From assembly GCA_017822615.1 (NCBI GenBank), contig GCA_017822615.1_4530.1: a stretch of 64,000 nucleotides of DNA; one strand, written 5' to 3'. The notes under the pieces are model-generated. The model was given only the letters and a program-made list of their open reading frames with translations, was not told the DNA's origin and ran no database searches. The stretch's first letter is position 1. Each line of letters starts with the position of its first letter. A program made the translations under genes and the position numbers. The DNA comes from a phage. Shown here in pieces: positions 29,340-38,212 of the stretch.

Positions 29340-29520
29340 AACAGTAGAAGAAGCCGTAAAAGCAGCTTATGAGGCTTTAGCGGAAGCAGAGCAGTTAGCA
29401 GATGAGACTGGTAAAGGTTTCCGTTTCTCCCCTGAGTATGGGATGGGTGGTTATTATGATCCAGAAGACGAAAATGAGAACACTGGAACAAATTGGCATC
29501 CATCTTCTTTAAGTTGTTAA
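29323..29520 (+). CDS. small acidic protein, W-x-SSS-C C-terminal family member 1
   Basis: C-terminus ...TNWHPSSLSC. Confidence 0.5.
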   Translation: MTTKFKTVEEAVKAAYEALAEAEQLADETGKGFRFSPEYGMGGYYDPEDENENTGTNWHPSSLSC

Positions 29521-29531
29521 TAGGAGGTAAA

Positions 29532-29801
29532 GTGGGAATCGAAGATATCAAAGGTTATAAACCGCATACCGATGACAAAATTGGTAAAGTGAATGCTATT
29601 AAAGATGCTGAAGTTCGATTAGGATTAATCTTTGATGCTCTAATGTCTGAATTGTGGGCTGAACTGGATGATTGTGAAGATTTGGAAGAGTCTACCAATA
29701 TATCCACCCGCCTTGACCAAATTTCAATAGCAAAGACTAAGTTGAAAGAAGCTTCTATGTGGGCCTGTCGTTCCGTTTTCCAACCAGAGGAGAAATACTA
29801 A
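29532..29801 (+). CDS. hypothetical protein
   Basis: GTG 29532 after taggagg (track start 29493). Confidence 0.5.
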   Translation: MGIEDIKGYKPHTDDKIGKVNAIKDAEVRLGLIFDALMSELWAELDDCEDLEESTNISTRLDQISIAKTKLKEASMWACRSVFQPEEKY

Positions 29802-30019
29802 TGAGTGATCGTAATGTTGAAGAATTAACTGAAAAAGCCCAAGCTATTATGGCTTTAGTGGACGAACTTACAAAAGAAGCTGAAGATGCTGGTTTTGGTC
29901 TTAGTTTAGAAAATGACGCAATCTGTTTTGAAGATTGGCAATCCTCTTCTTGTTATGGTGAAGGTGATGATGGTTTCGTCGTTAATTCTCAAGGCGTTTG
30001 GCACAGTAGTAGCTGTTAA
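29801..30019 (+). CDS. small acidic protein, W-x-SSS-C C-terminal family member 2
   Basis: C-terminus ...GVWHSSSC; internal DWQSSSC; ATG 29801 after agaggag. Confidence 0.55.
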   Translation: MSDRNVEELTEKAQAIMALVDELTKEAEDAGFGLSLENDAICFEDWQSSSCYGEGDDGFVVNSQGVWHSSSC

Positions 30020-30028
30020 GGAGAGATT

Positions 30029-30301
30029 GTGGAGTCTGAAGGCGAACTGCTGATAAAAAAGAAAGTTAAAGAGATGGAACAAGCACAAAGAAAGTTTCGT
30101 AAGGAGATTGAAGAACTTTGTGAACAGTTTCAGGAACAAGCTTGGATAGGTGACTACGGTAACGGAGAAACTTATTACCCTACAGGAACGCCAGCCGCAG
30201 ATCACTATATTGATTTCATTTGTGAAGATTATGGTGTAGAGTTGGATGAAAATGGTTTAACCACAAGAGGTGTTTGGATCTCTTCTTCCTCAATGTGTTA
30301 G
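30029..30301 (+). CDS. small acidic protein, W-x-SSS-C C-terminal family member 3
   Basis: C-terminus ...GVWISSSSMC; GTG start after aaggagag. Confidence 0.55.
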   Translation: MESEGELLIKKKVKEMEQAQRKFRKEIEELCEQFQEQAWIGDYGNGETYYPTGTPAADHYIDFICEDYGVELDENGLTTRGVWISSSSMC

Positions 30302-30311
30302 TAAATAATAA

Positions 30312-30331
30312 CCCGCTTCGGCGGGTTTTTT
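30312..30331 (+). terminator. rho-independent terminator (UUCG tetraloop)
   Basis: cccgcttcggcggg followed by T6. Confidence 0.7.
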
Positions 30332-30332
30332 A

Positions 30333-30361
30333 TTGACAGGAATCTGGAAGCTTGATAAACT
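30333..30361 (+). promoter_or_regulatory. sigma70-type promoter
   Basis: TTGACA 30333-30338, 17-nt spacer, TAAACT 30356-30361. Confidence 0.6.
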
Positions 30362-30391
30362 TAACCTATCAACCAATAGAGGAGAAATATT

Positions 30392-31333
30392 ATGGTGTTA
30401 ATTGGTAGCCGTGCATTGCAAATTCATGCTATGGACATGGGAAAAGACTTGTATCGCCCTTGTGTAGATTTAGATTACCTGTGTACAGAACAAGAGTGGG
30501 AAGAATTATCAAAAATGTTCTCTCAAGAGGAGTTTGTTGAACTTGTAGAACGTAAAGGAAACAAAGGCCATGTCAAAATGATAGCTGGTGCACATTTGGA
30601 ATACGATATTGCTTCTCAAGGAGATAGCACAGAAGCTTTGATTAGTTATTGTGAAGATTCTGATGATGTTCGTCGAACTTACGCTGGACATGTTGTTGCT
30701 CCTTTAGATGTGCTCTACCTTCTTAAAATGAGTCATCGTTTTAAAAAGGATAGTCCTCACTTCTTTAAAACTATGAAAGATATTCATTTCATGCGGTCAC
30801 TGGGCGCAAAGATCCCAGAAAATCTTAAGAGTATTTATGAGTTGCGTGAGAAAGAAACATACACTTACTCTCATCCGAACTTAAACGTAAAAAGTAAAGA
30901 CTTTTTTAAAGGTGATGAGGTTCCGTATGTTTATGATCATGATTCTATCCATGAAGCAATCGCGGTAATGGATGCTCCGGCATATAAATCTTATATGAAA
31001 GATGGAAGTGAAGTTATGACCAGCAAAGAAAAGTTTTTTGCTCAACCAAAACATGTGCGCCTGTTAGGTGTTTATGAAGAAGCGTGTGTTTTGGCTTTGG
31101 AACGTTCACAAATTCCTTTCGGTGGAGAGATCGGAGGTCCAACCCCTAAGCAAAGTTTTATAATGGCTTTATCTAAAGTCTGCACATCCATCACTAGTGG
31201 TTGGTTTAGGGAATATGCTTGGGAAAACTTTTATGTTGTTATTAAGCTATATGAAAACATGGGCGAAAACGACTATGTTGAACGTTTTAAAGCTAATCAA
31301 CATGTAGTAAAGCCTTTTGAAGGAGGTTATTAA
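30392..31333 (+). CDS. hypothetical protein, possible Pol-beta-type nucleotidyltransferase fold
   Basis: N-terminal LIGSRALQ...VDLDYL loosely fits the GS...DxD nucleotidyltransferase signature (spacing atypical). Confidence 0.4.
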   Translation: MVLIGSRALQIHAMDMGKDLYRPCVDLDYLCTEQEWEELSKMFSQEEFVELVERKGNKGHVKMIAGAHLEYDIASQGDSTEALISYCEDSDDVRRTYAGHVVAPLDVLYLLKMSHRFKKDSPHFFKTMKDIHFMRSLGAKIPENLKSIYELREKETYTYSHPNLNVKSKDFFKGDEVPYVYDHDSIHEAIAVMDAPAYKSYMKDGSEVMTSKEKFFAQPKHVRLLGVYEEACVLALERSQIPFGGEIGGPTPKQSFIMALSKVCTSITSGWFREYAWENFYVVIKLYENMGENDYVERFKANQHVVKPFEGGY

Positions 31334-31334
31334 T

Positions 31335-31730
31335 ATGTGTGGATATCTTTCAGAAAGTTATTTCAAAGTGACGCATGAGGATTTAGAAAAAGCACGATTG
31401 AAACTGACAGCTATTATTGAATACTCTAATACTGTTGATCACAGATTAAAGACTACTAAAGTATCTGTTCCTTGTTGGTTAGGTTTACGGCATAAAATAA
31501 TGTCTCAACATGACCATGTTGTTCGAGAGATGCATGGTTGGTGTTGGTTTCACGATGTGGCTCTGCATTTTGGTTATATTACAGAAGAAGAGCATAGATT
31601 CTGTGAACTAACATATCGTATTCCAACCCTTCACGATTTAGATTTGTGGAAGAAAGCAAACGAGATTTTTCTTACAGAAAGTGATTGGCGTAAAGTTATG
31701 GCTTGTCTTGAATGGAGGGGTAATGAGTAA
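31335..31730 (+). CDS. hypothetical protein
   Basis: ATG 31335 after aggagg (track start 31317). Confidence 0.55.
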   Translation: MCGYLSESYFKVTHEDLEKARLKLTAIIEYSNTVDHRLKTTKVSVPCWLGLRHKIMSQHDHVVREMHGWCWFHDVALHFGYITEEEHRFCELTYRIPTLHDLDLWKKANEIFLTESDWRKVMACLEWRGNE

Positions 31731-32406
31731 AACAGTTTTGTCTATGTTTGACGGATCTGGGATCATGGTGTTACGTTATGCCGAAGCAGGTCACAAGTGT
31801 TTTTGTGTAAACGCTGATGAAGGGGATCACGGTAAATACGAGGTTAGGATGGAGCACCCAAACATAACCTATGTGAATGCCTGGATAGATTCTACATTCA
31901 ACCCTGAAGATCATGGGATACCTAAACCCGATATTATTTTTGGATTTCCACCTTGCACTATGTTAGCAGGTAGTGGTAGCAAACACGAACGCAGCACAGA
32001 GGAATTGGATGAAGCTTTAGCTAATATTCGTGTAGTGGAAGCTTTGGGTAACAAATATAATGTTCCTTGGATGATTGAGAACCCAGTAGGTAAACTTTCA
32101 ACCTTATGGCGTAAACCCGATTTTTACTTTGATCCTTATGAGTATGGTGGGTATTTGTTTGAAGAGGAAGGAAGCTTTCATCCTAAAATGCCTACCCGTG
32201 ATGGGTATACAAAGAAAACTTGTATTTGGCACGGCAATGGTTTTGTTCAACCAGTGAAGAAACCAGTAGATCATATAGGCTGCTTCTGGGGTTGGAAAAG
32301 CTTAGGTGGAGCTAGTGCAAAAACAAAACAACTTAGATCACTAACCGCACGTGGTTTTGCTCGTGCAGTGTTTTTGTCTAACAATCTTCTAGATAAGGAG
32401 AAATAA
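31723..32406 (+). CDS. small C5-cytosine methyltransferase-like protein (227 aa)
   Basis: Motif I LSMFDGSG, motif IV GFPPCT (Pro-Cys), motif VI ENPVG; no obvious target-recognition domain. Confidence 0.5.
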   Translation: MSKTVLSMFDGSGIMVLRYAEAGHKCFCVNADEGDHGKYEVRMEHPNITYVNAWIDSTFNPEDHGIPKPDIIFGFPPCTMLAGSGSKHERSTEELDEALANIRVVEALGNKYNVPWMIENPVGKLSTLWRKPDFYFDPYEYGGYLFEEEGSFHPKMPTRDGYTKKTCIWHGNGFVQPVKKPVDHIGCFWGWKSLGGASAKTKQLRSLTARGFARAVFLSNNLLDKEK

Positions 32407-33059
32407 TGTCAAATTCAAAACCAGTGGTTGCTTATCAAGTAGATCGTAATGATGGTGAAGGAAGTGTTGTTATTTTCAGTACACACGGTCTTGAGGCTCG
32501 TCGGAAAGGTGCATATCGTTTAGAATGTGAGTTTGAAGACTGCACAAGCCACCGTGTCAAACAATTCGATCAATATGCTGATAAAGGCTTCGTCCCTATC
32601 AAAGCGTTACTGGAAGATGGTTGGTGGGTATATTCTGCTTTTGATTACTCAAAACTGGAGGAGTCAGCTTCGTGCGCCTCCGAGATCGAATATGATGATT
32701 ACTATGACACTCTCTACCTTCCAGAATGGCTTGTCTTTTCCCCTGATGAGAGAAGCGTCTGGAAAACTTGGGAAGAAATGGAGAGACATGCGTATAGCAT
32801 CAATGAAGCCTTAGATCGTAAAGCTTGGTTTATTGAGGCAGTAAAGGCGGCATACCCTCAATTTTCATTCTGTGATTTCACTGGTGGCCCAGGGTACATT
32901 ACACATACAGCCTCTTTTGAGTTCCCTGGCTCACGTTATAAAGGTAATGTTTATTGGGATTGGGATGAAAATAAACAACCTTCGGCTCAAGACTTCCGTT
33001 GCTATGTTTGTCAAGGTGATCAAGAAGCCCTTGACAAATACCTTCAAAGTCTGGTATAG
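32406..33059 (+). CDS. hypothetical protein
   Basis: ORF track. Confidence 0.6.
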   Translation: MSNSKPVVAYQVDRNDGEGSVVIFSTHGLEARRKGAYRLECEFEDCTSHRVKQFDQYADKGFVPIKALLEDGWWVYSAFDYSKLEESASCASEIEYDDYYDTLYLPEWLVFSPDERSVWKTWEEMERHAYSINEALDRKAWFIEAVKAAYPQFSFCDFTGGPGYITHTASFEFPGSRYKGNVYWDWDENKQPSAQDFRCYVCQGDQEALDKYLQSLV

Positions 33060-33076
33060 TGCCGATATCTGAACAA

Positions 33077-33105
33077 AGCCTCCTGTTTCAGGGGGCTTTT
33101 CTTTT
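33077..33105 (+). terminator. rho-independent terminator
   Basis: Hairpin agcctcc...gggggct followed by tttcttttat. Confidence 0.6.
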
Positions 33106-33117
33106 ATAGGAGGGAAT

Positions 33118-33591
33118 ATGTTTCAAGTAAATGTCAATGTGCATAATAGTTACTCTGATTGTGAAACGTGTGGCTATAATTCATCTAATGTTGTTCGTAT
33201 TAGTGGCGATTTAGGAGAAGCTTCTTTTGGAGAAGAAGCAAGTTGCTTTAGTGGTATGGATGCAGAATGGAATGATATTGCACATTGGTTGGTGAGCAAA
33301 CTAAAAGAAAAAGAGAAACCATTTCCTACCCTGCTTGATCGTTCTCTTGTGGAAGATGCAGGTAAAGCATATGCAGACTATGCGTATGCAGACGGGAAAT
33401 ATTTGGAAGATGATAAGGCTAACCATTTGCTTTATGTTTACTATGAAGCTGAATCTGCCTACGATAATTATTATAGCATGTCTAACATCCTCCGTCTATT
33501 TGCAGAGTTTGATATTTATTTCGAAGTAGAATTTTCAGAAGATGATACTTACGAATATGATTCTTATGATCCATTTGAGGAGGATGAATAA
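33118..33591 (+). CDS. hypothetical acidic protein
   Basis: ORF track; RBS aggaggg. Confidence 0.6.
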   Translation: MFQVNVNVHNSYSDCETCGYNSSNVVRISGDLGEASFGEEASCFSGMDAEWNDIAHWLVSKLKEKEKPFPTLLDRSLVEDAGKAYADYAYADGKYLEDDKANHLLYVYYEAESAYDNYYSMSNILRLFAEFDIYFEVEFSEDDTYEYDSYDPFEEDE

Positions 33592-34391
33592 TGCCAAGAC
33601 GTGTATATTTTATTAGTGGTGCGGGACTAAGTGCTGACAGCGGAATCCAAACATTTCGCACAGAAACAGATTCTGGAAAGGCATTATGGGATGAATATGA
33701 TTTAACAGAAGTCTGTGACATTTTCAACTTCCGTGACGGTTATCAGCAAGAACAGGGTATTCCTGATGCTATGGGTGGCTTAGATGTGGAAGGATATAAC
33801 CTCTACCGTAAAACTCACGACTTCTACAATAAACGTCGCGTGGAATTAGAGAAAGTTGACCCGAATCCAGCACATCTTCAGATTGGAGAATGGTTCGAAA
33901 AATACGGTGCAGAAAGGATTATTAACATCACTACTAACGTTGACGATCTATTAGAACGCGCTGGAATCGATAGAGAAGAAATATTGCACGTTCATGGTTT
34001 CTTGCCAGAAGTTGTTGTTGATAACAAAATTATCAAAGATGTGGGTTACGCAGCTATTGATGTAGACGATTACAAATATGTGAAGCCTAATGTGGTGTTT
34101 TTTGGTGAGAATGCACCACTCTACACAGACATGTATCACAAACTGGATCAACTAACATCACAAGATATGGTTATCGTTGTAGGCTGCTCTAACCAAGTAA
34201 TCAACTTCAACTGGGAACTCTTCCCTGCCCTGAATATTGGGGTTAAGATGGTTGTAGTTAACCCAGGTTTGAATTTTGTAGAACAAACTCTCTACGAAGA
34301 ACGTGGAGTGCTTGTCTACCGAGAGAAAGCAGGAACAGTCTTCAGTGATGAAGGCTTTATCAAAATGGTTGAAGACCATTTAAACAAATAA
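33591..34391 (+). CDS. Sir2-family (sirtuin-like) protein lacking the zinc-ribbon cysteines
   Basis: ISGAGLSADSGIQTFR, ITTNVDDLLERAG, HVHG, VVFFGE, IVVGCSN match sirtuin motifs; no CxxC pairs between HG and VVFFGE. Confidence 0.75.
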   Translation: MPRRVYFISGAGLSADSGIQTFRTETDSGKALWDEYDLTEVCDIFNFRDGYQQEQGIPDAMGGLDVEGYNLYRKTHDFYNKRRVELEKVDPNPAHLQIGEWFEKYGAERIINITTNVDDLLERAGIDREEILHVHGFLPEVVVDNKIIKDVGYAAIDVDDYKYVKPNVVFFGENAPLYTDMYHKLDQLTSQDMVIVVGCSNQVINFNWELFPALNIGVKMVVVNPGLNFVEQTLYEERGVLVYREKAGTVFSDEGFIKMVEDHLNK

Positions 34392-34400
34392 ACCACTCAA

Positions 34401-34420
34401 GGGGCTTCGGCCCCTTTCTT
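34401..34420 (+). terminator. rho-independent terminator (UUCG tetraloop)
   Basis: ggggcttcggcccc followed by tttctt. Confidence 0.65.
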
Positions 34421-34434
34421 ATTAGGAGAACAAA

Positions 34435-34707
34435 ATGACTGAAGAAATCCGTGATTACTACCTTGCACATTACGTTTACTACTTTGCTAATGCTACACAA
34501 AAAGGGGAAGGTAATCTTTACTTGGCAACAGGGCATGGAACAGGTGTTAGGAAATCAAATATTGATAATGCCTTGGCTCAAGTGGCTGCTGGGCTAGAAG
34601 ATAAACTTCAAACACCTGTAGTTGTAGTGATGCAAAACATAAGTTACCTAGCAAGTTGTACTGAAACCGAATTTAACGCGTCTGAAACGCAATCTAACGA
34701 AGAATAA
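34435..34707 (+). CDS. hypothetical protein
   Basis: ORF track; RBS aggag. Confidence 0.55.
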   Translation: MTEEIRDYYLAHYVYYFANATQKGEGNLYLATGHGTGVRKSNIDNALAQVAAGLEDKLQTPVVVVMQNISYLASCTETEFNASETQSNEE

Positions 34708-34711
34708 AATA

Positions 34712-34745
34712 AAGGCACCCACTTGGGTGCCTTTTCTATTTTAGA
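34712..34745. terminator. bidirectional terminator at the convergent junction
   Basis: Hairpin aaggcaccc-actt-gggtgcctt with T-runs on both sides; plus genes end at 34707, minus genes at 34777. Confidence 0.65.
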
Positions 34746-34776
34746 GCGTCTCTGTTCGATTTAGGTGGGTTCTAGC

Positions 34777-35007
34777 TTACTTGTGTAGTGCTCTCTCGTA
34801 TAACTCAATGATCAATTCATCCTCTACTGTAATACGCGCCATTTGATCCGTCTTAAGTATTGTTGGTTGGTAGTGGTGCATTTCACTATTGATACTACAA
34901 TCCCATTCGTCATAACCTAAATACTCTCCTACATGGACCTTAACCATAAAGGGAAACGGGTTATCTACCAAAAATGCCATACAACCTTCTTCGATTTTAT
35001 TTAACAC
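34777..35007 (-). CDS. hypothetical protein
   Basis: ORF track. Confidence 0.55.
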   Translation of the reverse strand: MLNKIEEGCMAFLVDNPFPFMVKVHVGEYLGYDEWDCSINSEMHHYQPTILKTDQMARITVEDELIIELYERALHK

Positions 35008-35032
35008 ACGACCTCCTATTGCTATAGATATG

Positions 35033-35052
35033 AAAAAACCCGCCGAAGCGGG
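35033..35052 (-). terminator. rho-independent terminator (UUCG tetraloop)
   Basis: Reverse strand reads cccgcttcggcggg followed by T6. Confidence 0.6.
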
Positions 35053-35098
35053 TTCTATTGCTACGATAGGATCACTATCCTATAGTATTGTTTCTGTG

Positions 35099-35380
35099 TC
35101 AAGCCTTAGCGTAGAAAAACTTCTCATATTCAGATTTTGTTACGATTGTGGGGCAACCTTTTGTTCCATCCTCGATAACAGGGGCTTCTACCATTCTGGT
35201 GTTGAATAAGCAATAAGTTCCACGCATGTAAATACCCAGTTTTGTTTCTACGATGTGCTCTTTACTTACGCTTGAAAACTTAATCTCACCATCGGAGTCT
35301 CTTATAGCAATAAGTGCATGTTCGGGCCAATCTTTTCCTTTTGCTCCTAAAGCATTATACAATTCTTGAACGAGTTCCAT
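35099..35380 (-). CDS. hypothetical protein
   Basis: ORF track. Confidence 0.55.
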   Translation of the reverse strand: MELVQELYNALGAKGKDWPEHALIAIRDSDGEIKFSSVSKEHIVETKLGIYMRGTYCLFNTRMVEAPVIEDGTKGCPTIVTKSEYEKFFYAKA

Positions 35381-35392
35381 ATGACCTCCTTA

Positions 35393-35593
35393 TTAAATAA
35401 CAAATTTTTCTTCTTCTGGCTTATCGTAATCTGGAGAATAAACATGTGCGGGATTAAAACCTTTAAAATTTCCGCGACCTTTACGTGGACAGTTGAATGT
35501 GCGAGCTTGATGATCCCCAAAAGATTTCCCACAATGCATACATTTAAAATCAGTGCGTTTAGTCATGCCATATCTCCTTTTAAAAGGCTGCAC
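35393..35593 (-). CDS. small zinc-finger protein
   Basis: CMHCG...NCPRKG cysteine pairs. Confidence 0.5.
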   Translation of the reverse strand: MQPFKRRYGMTKRTDFKCMHCGKSFGDHQARTFNCPRKGRGNFKGFNPAHVYSPDYDKPEEEKFVI

Positions 35594-35729
35594 CTATTGA
35601 AGATGCAGCTTTGATAGATTATTTAGATGAGTCTAAAATGTCTTTTACTTTTGCCGTGATAACGTCTTGATATTTGTTAATAAGATAGCCTACAACTACA
35701 CCTACGATAAATGAAACCATTATTTCTCC

Positions 35730-36338
35730 TTATTTAAGTGGTGAGAGAACAATCTCTCGGTTTTTTAAGAACCAAAGCATGTCATCTTGATCATAGTCTG
35801 ATCCCTCTGTAGTAGAATTTTTGATAGAATCAAAAAACCAACGAGGTATACCAAAACAACTTCCAGATGACTGTATGTCTTTCTGCGACATTTTAAATGT
35901 GATTGGAAAATCACAATTATCAATCTCTCGGATATCTGCTGAAGATAAGATTGTAACTTCAACCAGTTCGTCGTTAGATGTAGTATCGTTGTCTTCCTGA
36001 ATAATGTCAAATGCTTTTTGCACATCTTTTGCATCTAATGTTAAACCTGTGGCTTTCTGAAAAGCCGAAACAAAAATTAGAGCTTCTTCAGAGCAAGGGG
36101 CTTCCAGCAAATGAGCCATAATAGGTGACAAGCAAATGTTAAGATCTTTGTCATACCAACGAACAATCCATACAGGCGTTGCTCCGTTTTGTTTGTCACG
36201 AGCCAAAATTGTAACGTGCTGACCTTCTTCTGGTATATGATACAAACCAGAAAAACCAGGGCCTGTAGTAGATTTTTTGACACGTGCTACGTGTCCAACT
36301 TCTAAAGGATCTTTACCATCCCAAATCTTCTCTTCCAT
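35730..36338 (-). CDS. hypothetical protein
   Basis: ORF track. Confidence 0.6.
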   Translation of the reverse strand: MEEKIWDGKDPLEVGHVARVKKSTTGPGFSGLYHIPEEGQHVTILARDKQNGATPVWIVRWYDKDLNICLSPIMAHLLEAPCSEEALIFVSAFQKATGLTLDAKDVQKAFDIIQEDNDTTSNDELVEVTILSSADIREIDNCDFPITFKMSQKDIQSSGSCFGIPRWFFDSIKNSTTEGSDYDQDDMLWFLKNREIVLSPLK

Positions 36339-36346
36339 ATAACCTC

Positions 36347-36610
36347 CTAAATAACATCTTTGAAATAGTGAATCACTTCAATATTATGGTACAAAGTGCT
36401 TCGCTCTTTTGTGTACTCTGTTTTAGTAACAAACACTTTTGCAATACCGTACTTATGTGCTGGTAGGTTTGGATTGGTTTGCATAATTTCTTTCACTACA
36501 CTTATAGTTTCGTGCTCGGATTCCCAATAAGTGAAGTAACCCTCACTATCAACGATTAAAGACTCGTTTTCAAGATCTACAAAACAGAAAAATATTGACG
36601 GATGGCTCAT
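36347..36610 (-). CDS. hypothetical protein
   Basis: ORF track. Confidence 0.55.
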   Translation of the reverse strand: MSHPSIFFCFVDLENESLIVDSEGYFTYWESEHETISVVKEIMQTNPNLPAHKYGIAKVFVTKTEYTKERSTLYHNIEVIHYFKDVI

Positions 36611-36774
36611 TCTTTTTCTTCAACCTTCCTCAAAGCTTTTTGATCGAATATGGCGTGTTGCAATTCCCCGTTTTCATCGAACCAAGTTACTTTACAAGAT
36701 TCACCATAACTTTCTATTACTGTCATTTGTTTGTTTGCACCTTTAAGGCAAACCACATCACCTACTTGCATCAT
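36607..36774 (-). CDS. small hypothetical protein (55 aa)
   Basis: Reverse-strand ATG with ATGA overlaps to both neighbours; not in track. Confidence 0.4.
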   Translation of the reverse strand: MMQVGDVVCLKGANKQMTVIESYGESCKVTWFDENGELQHAIFDQKALRKVEEKE

Positions 36775-37220
36775 GATTGAGTTCCTTTTTGTTTTTCAAT
36801 AGCTGCACGAATTTCTGCTAAAGGTTCTGCTACCAAGTCTTCAACTTCTTGGATTTGTTCATTCATCACATCACGAACCATTTGAATCCGCTCTTCAAGG
36901 GAAACAGCAAGTTCATCTGCATAAGCCATATTAAGAACGTGGTAGAAATTTTCTTGTGCACTTAAAGCACCAGATAACAAATAATCCTGATCTTCCTCTG
37001 GTAAAAGCATGTGTTGCTCATATTCGGCAAAAGTGTTTTTGTTAATCTCAAGTAAAGCACCCATCATAACATCATACTGATAATCTTTATGATCAGGATT
37101 GTTTAAAATAACATCTTCAAAGATATTAAGAAGAATCTTAGTAACAAAAGCATTGTTTTCGGCACCTTCCATCTGACGGATTACCGTGATTACTTCTTTT
37201 TCTTTAGCGTTTTGGCTCAT
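36771..37220 (-). CDS. hypothetical protein
   Basis: ORF track. Confidence 0.6.
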   Translation of the reverse strand: MSQNAKEKEVITVIRQMEGAENNAFVTKILLNIFEDVILNNPDHKDYQYDVMMGALLEINKNTFAEYEQHMLLPEEDQDYLLSGALSAQENFYHVLNMAYADELAVSLEERIQMVRDVMNEQIQEVEDLVAEPLAEIRAAIEKQKGTQS

Positions 37221-37410
37221 AGTATTTCTCCTCTGACTCTGCTTGGATATAACCCGTGGTTTTGCACGGATTACACTCGTAGATTTGACCTACATCCGCC
37301 ATAACATACCCTGCACCACCACAATAGGGGCAAGACATAGGAGGACAAGGTATGGACGTAGTAATTGTTACAACATCATCAATTGCTAACATTTTCGCCA
37401 TTATTACCAC
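37204..37410 (-). CDS. small zinc-binding protein
   Basis: CPYCGGAGY...CNPCKTTGY, DnaJ-type CxxCxGxG repeats. Confidence 0.55.
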   Translation of the reverse strand: MVIMAKMLAIDDVVTITTSIPCPPMSCPYCGGAGYVMADVGQIYECNPCKTTGYIQAESEEKYYEPKR

Positions 37411-37652
37411 TCCGCTATTAATGTCAGACCAAGTGCATCGTTAAAACGTTCAACATTTGAATATAGGTATGGAGGGGTTATTTGCTCTAAAATTTGTGCT
37501 GCTTCCACTTGGTGCTCTATGTTTTGAGAAGTTCGGGCATAAACTAAGACACCCATTTTATTCAAAATAAAAACAGAATCAGACCCATCCAGCTTATCAA
37601 CGGCTGCATACATTTTAGTCATATTTTCTCCTGGATTACCATTCAGCAACAA
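37404..37652 (-). CDS. hypothetical protein
   Basis: ORF track. Confidence 0.55.
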   Translation of the reverse strand: MLLNGNPGENMTKMYAAVDKLDGSDSVFILNKMGVLVYARTSQNIEHQVEAAQILEQITPPYLYSNVERFNDALGLTLIAEW

Positions 37653-37851
37653 GACTAGGATTCATAGCAAAAGCTTTGAAAGTTGTTATGTCATGACTAA
37701 CATTAAAACTAACACCTTTTACTTTCTCTAGTATTTGAACTTTCGTCTCTCCGTCCCACGGTAGGATGATAACACCATCTTCTGTGATCAACCACCAATG
37801 GTTCTCTCCATCTCGTGAATCTTTTGCTTTGTATAGAAAATTGGAACTCAT
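37636..37851 (-). CDS. hypothetical protein
   Basis: ORF track; RBS aggaggaag on reverse strand. Confidence 0.55.
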   Translation of the reverse strand: MSSNFLYKAKDSRDGENHWWLITEDGVIILPWDGETKVQILEKVKGVSFNVSHDITTFKAFAMNPSLVAEW

Positions 37852-38212
37852 TCTTCCTCCTGTTCGGTATTATTCACCTGTGAGACACAATGTAACACAA
37901 GCTTTGTGAGTTTGTCAAGGATCTAATTACATTCTACACAAGAAGAGGGGTTAATAACTATAGGAATAGTCTTACTATAGGTGCAATACAAGTTAAGAGT
38001 TAGATTGATAGGTAAGACTTATCTTAAACACATAATTGATAGGTGAACCAGCATTGACTTTTTCAAAAAAATATGGTACCCTAAACATATGTTTACGAGC
38101 GATAGCGAGTAGTAGATTTCTATATAATAATGTTTCATGTTACTCACGATAGTGAGGTATGAAACGTAAGTGAAGGTAGATAAACTATGATCATCTATCT
38201 ACCATCTATTAA

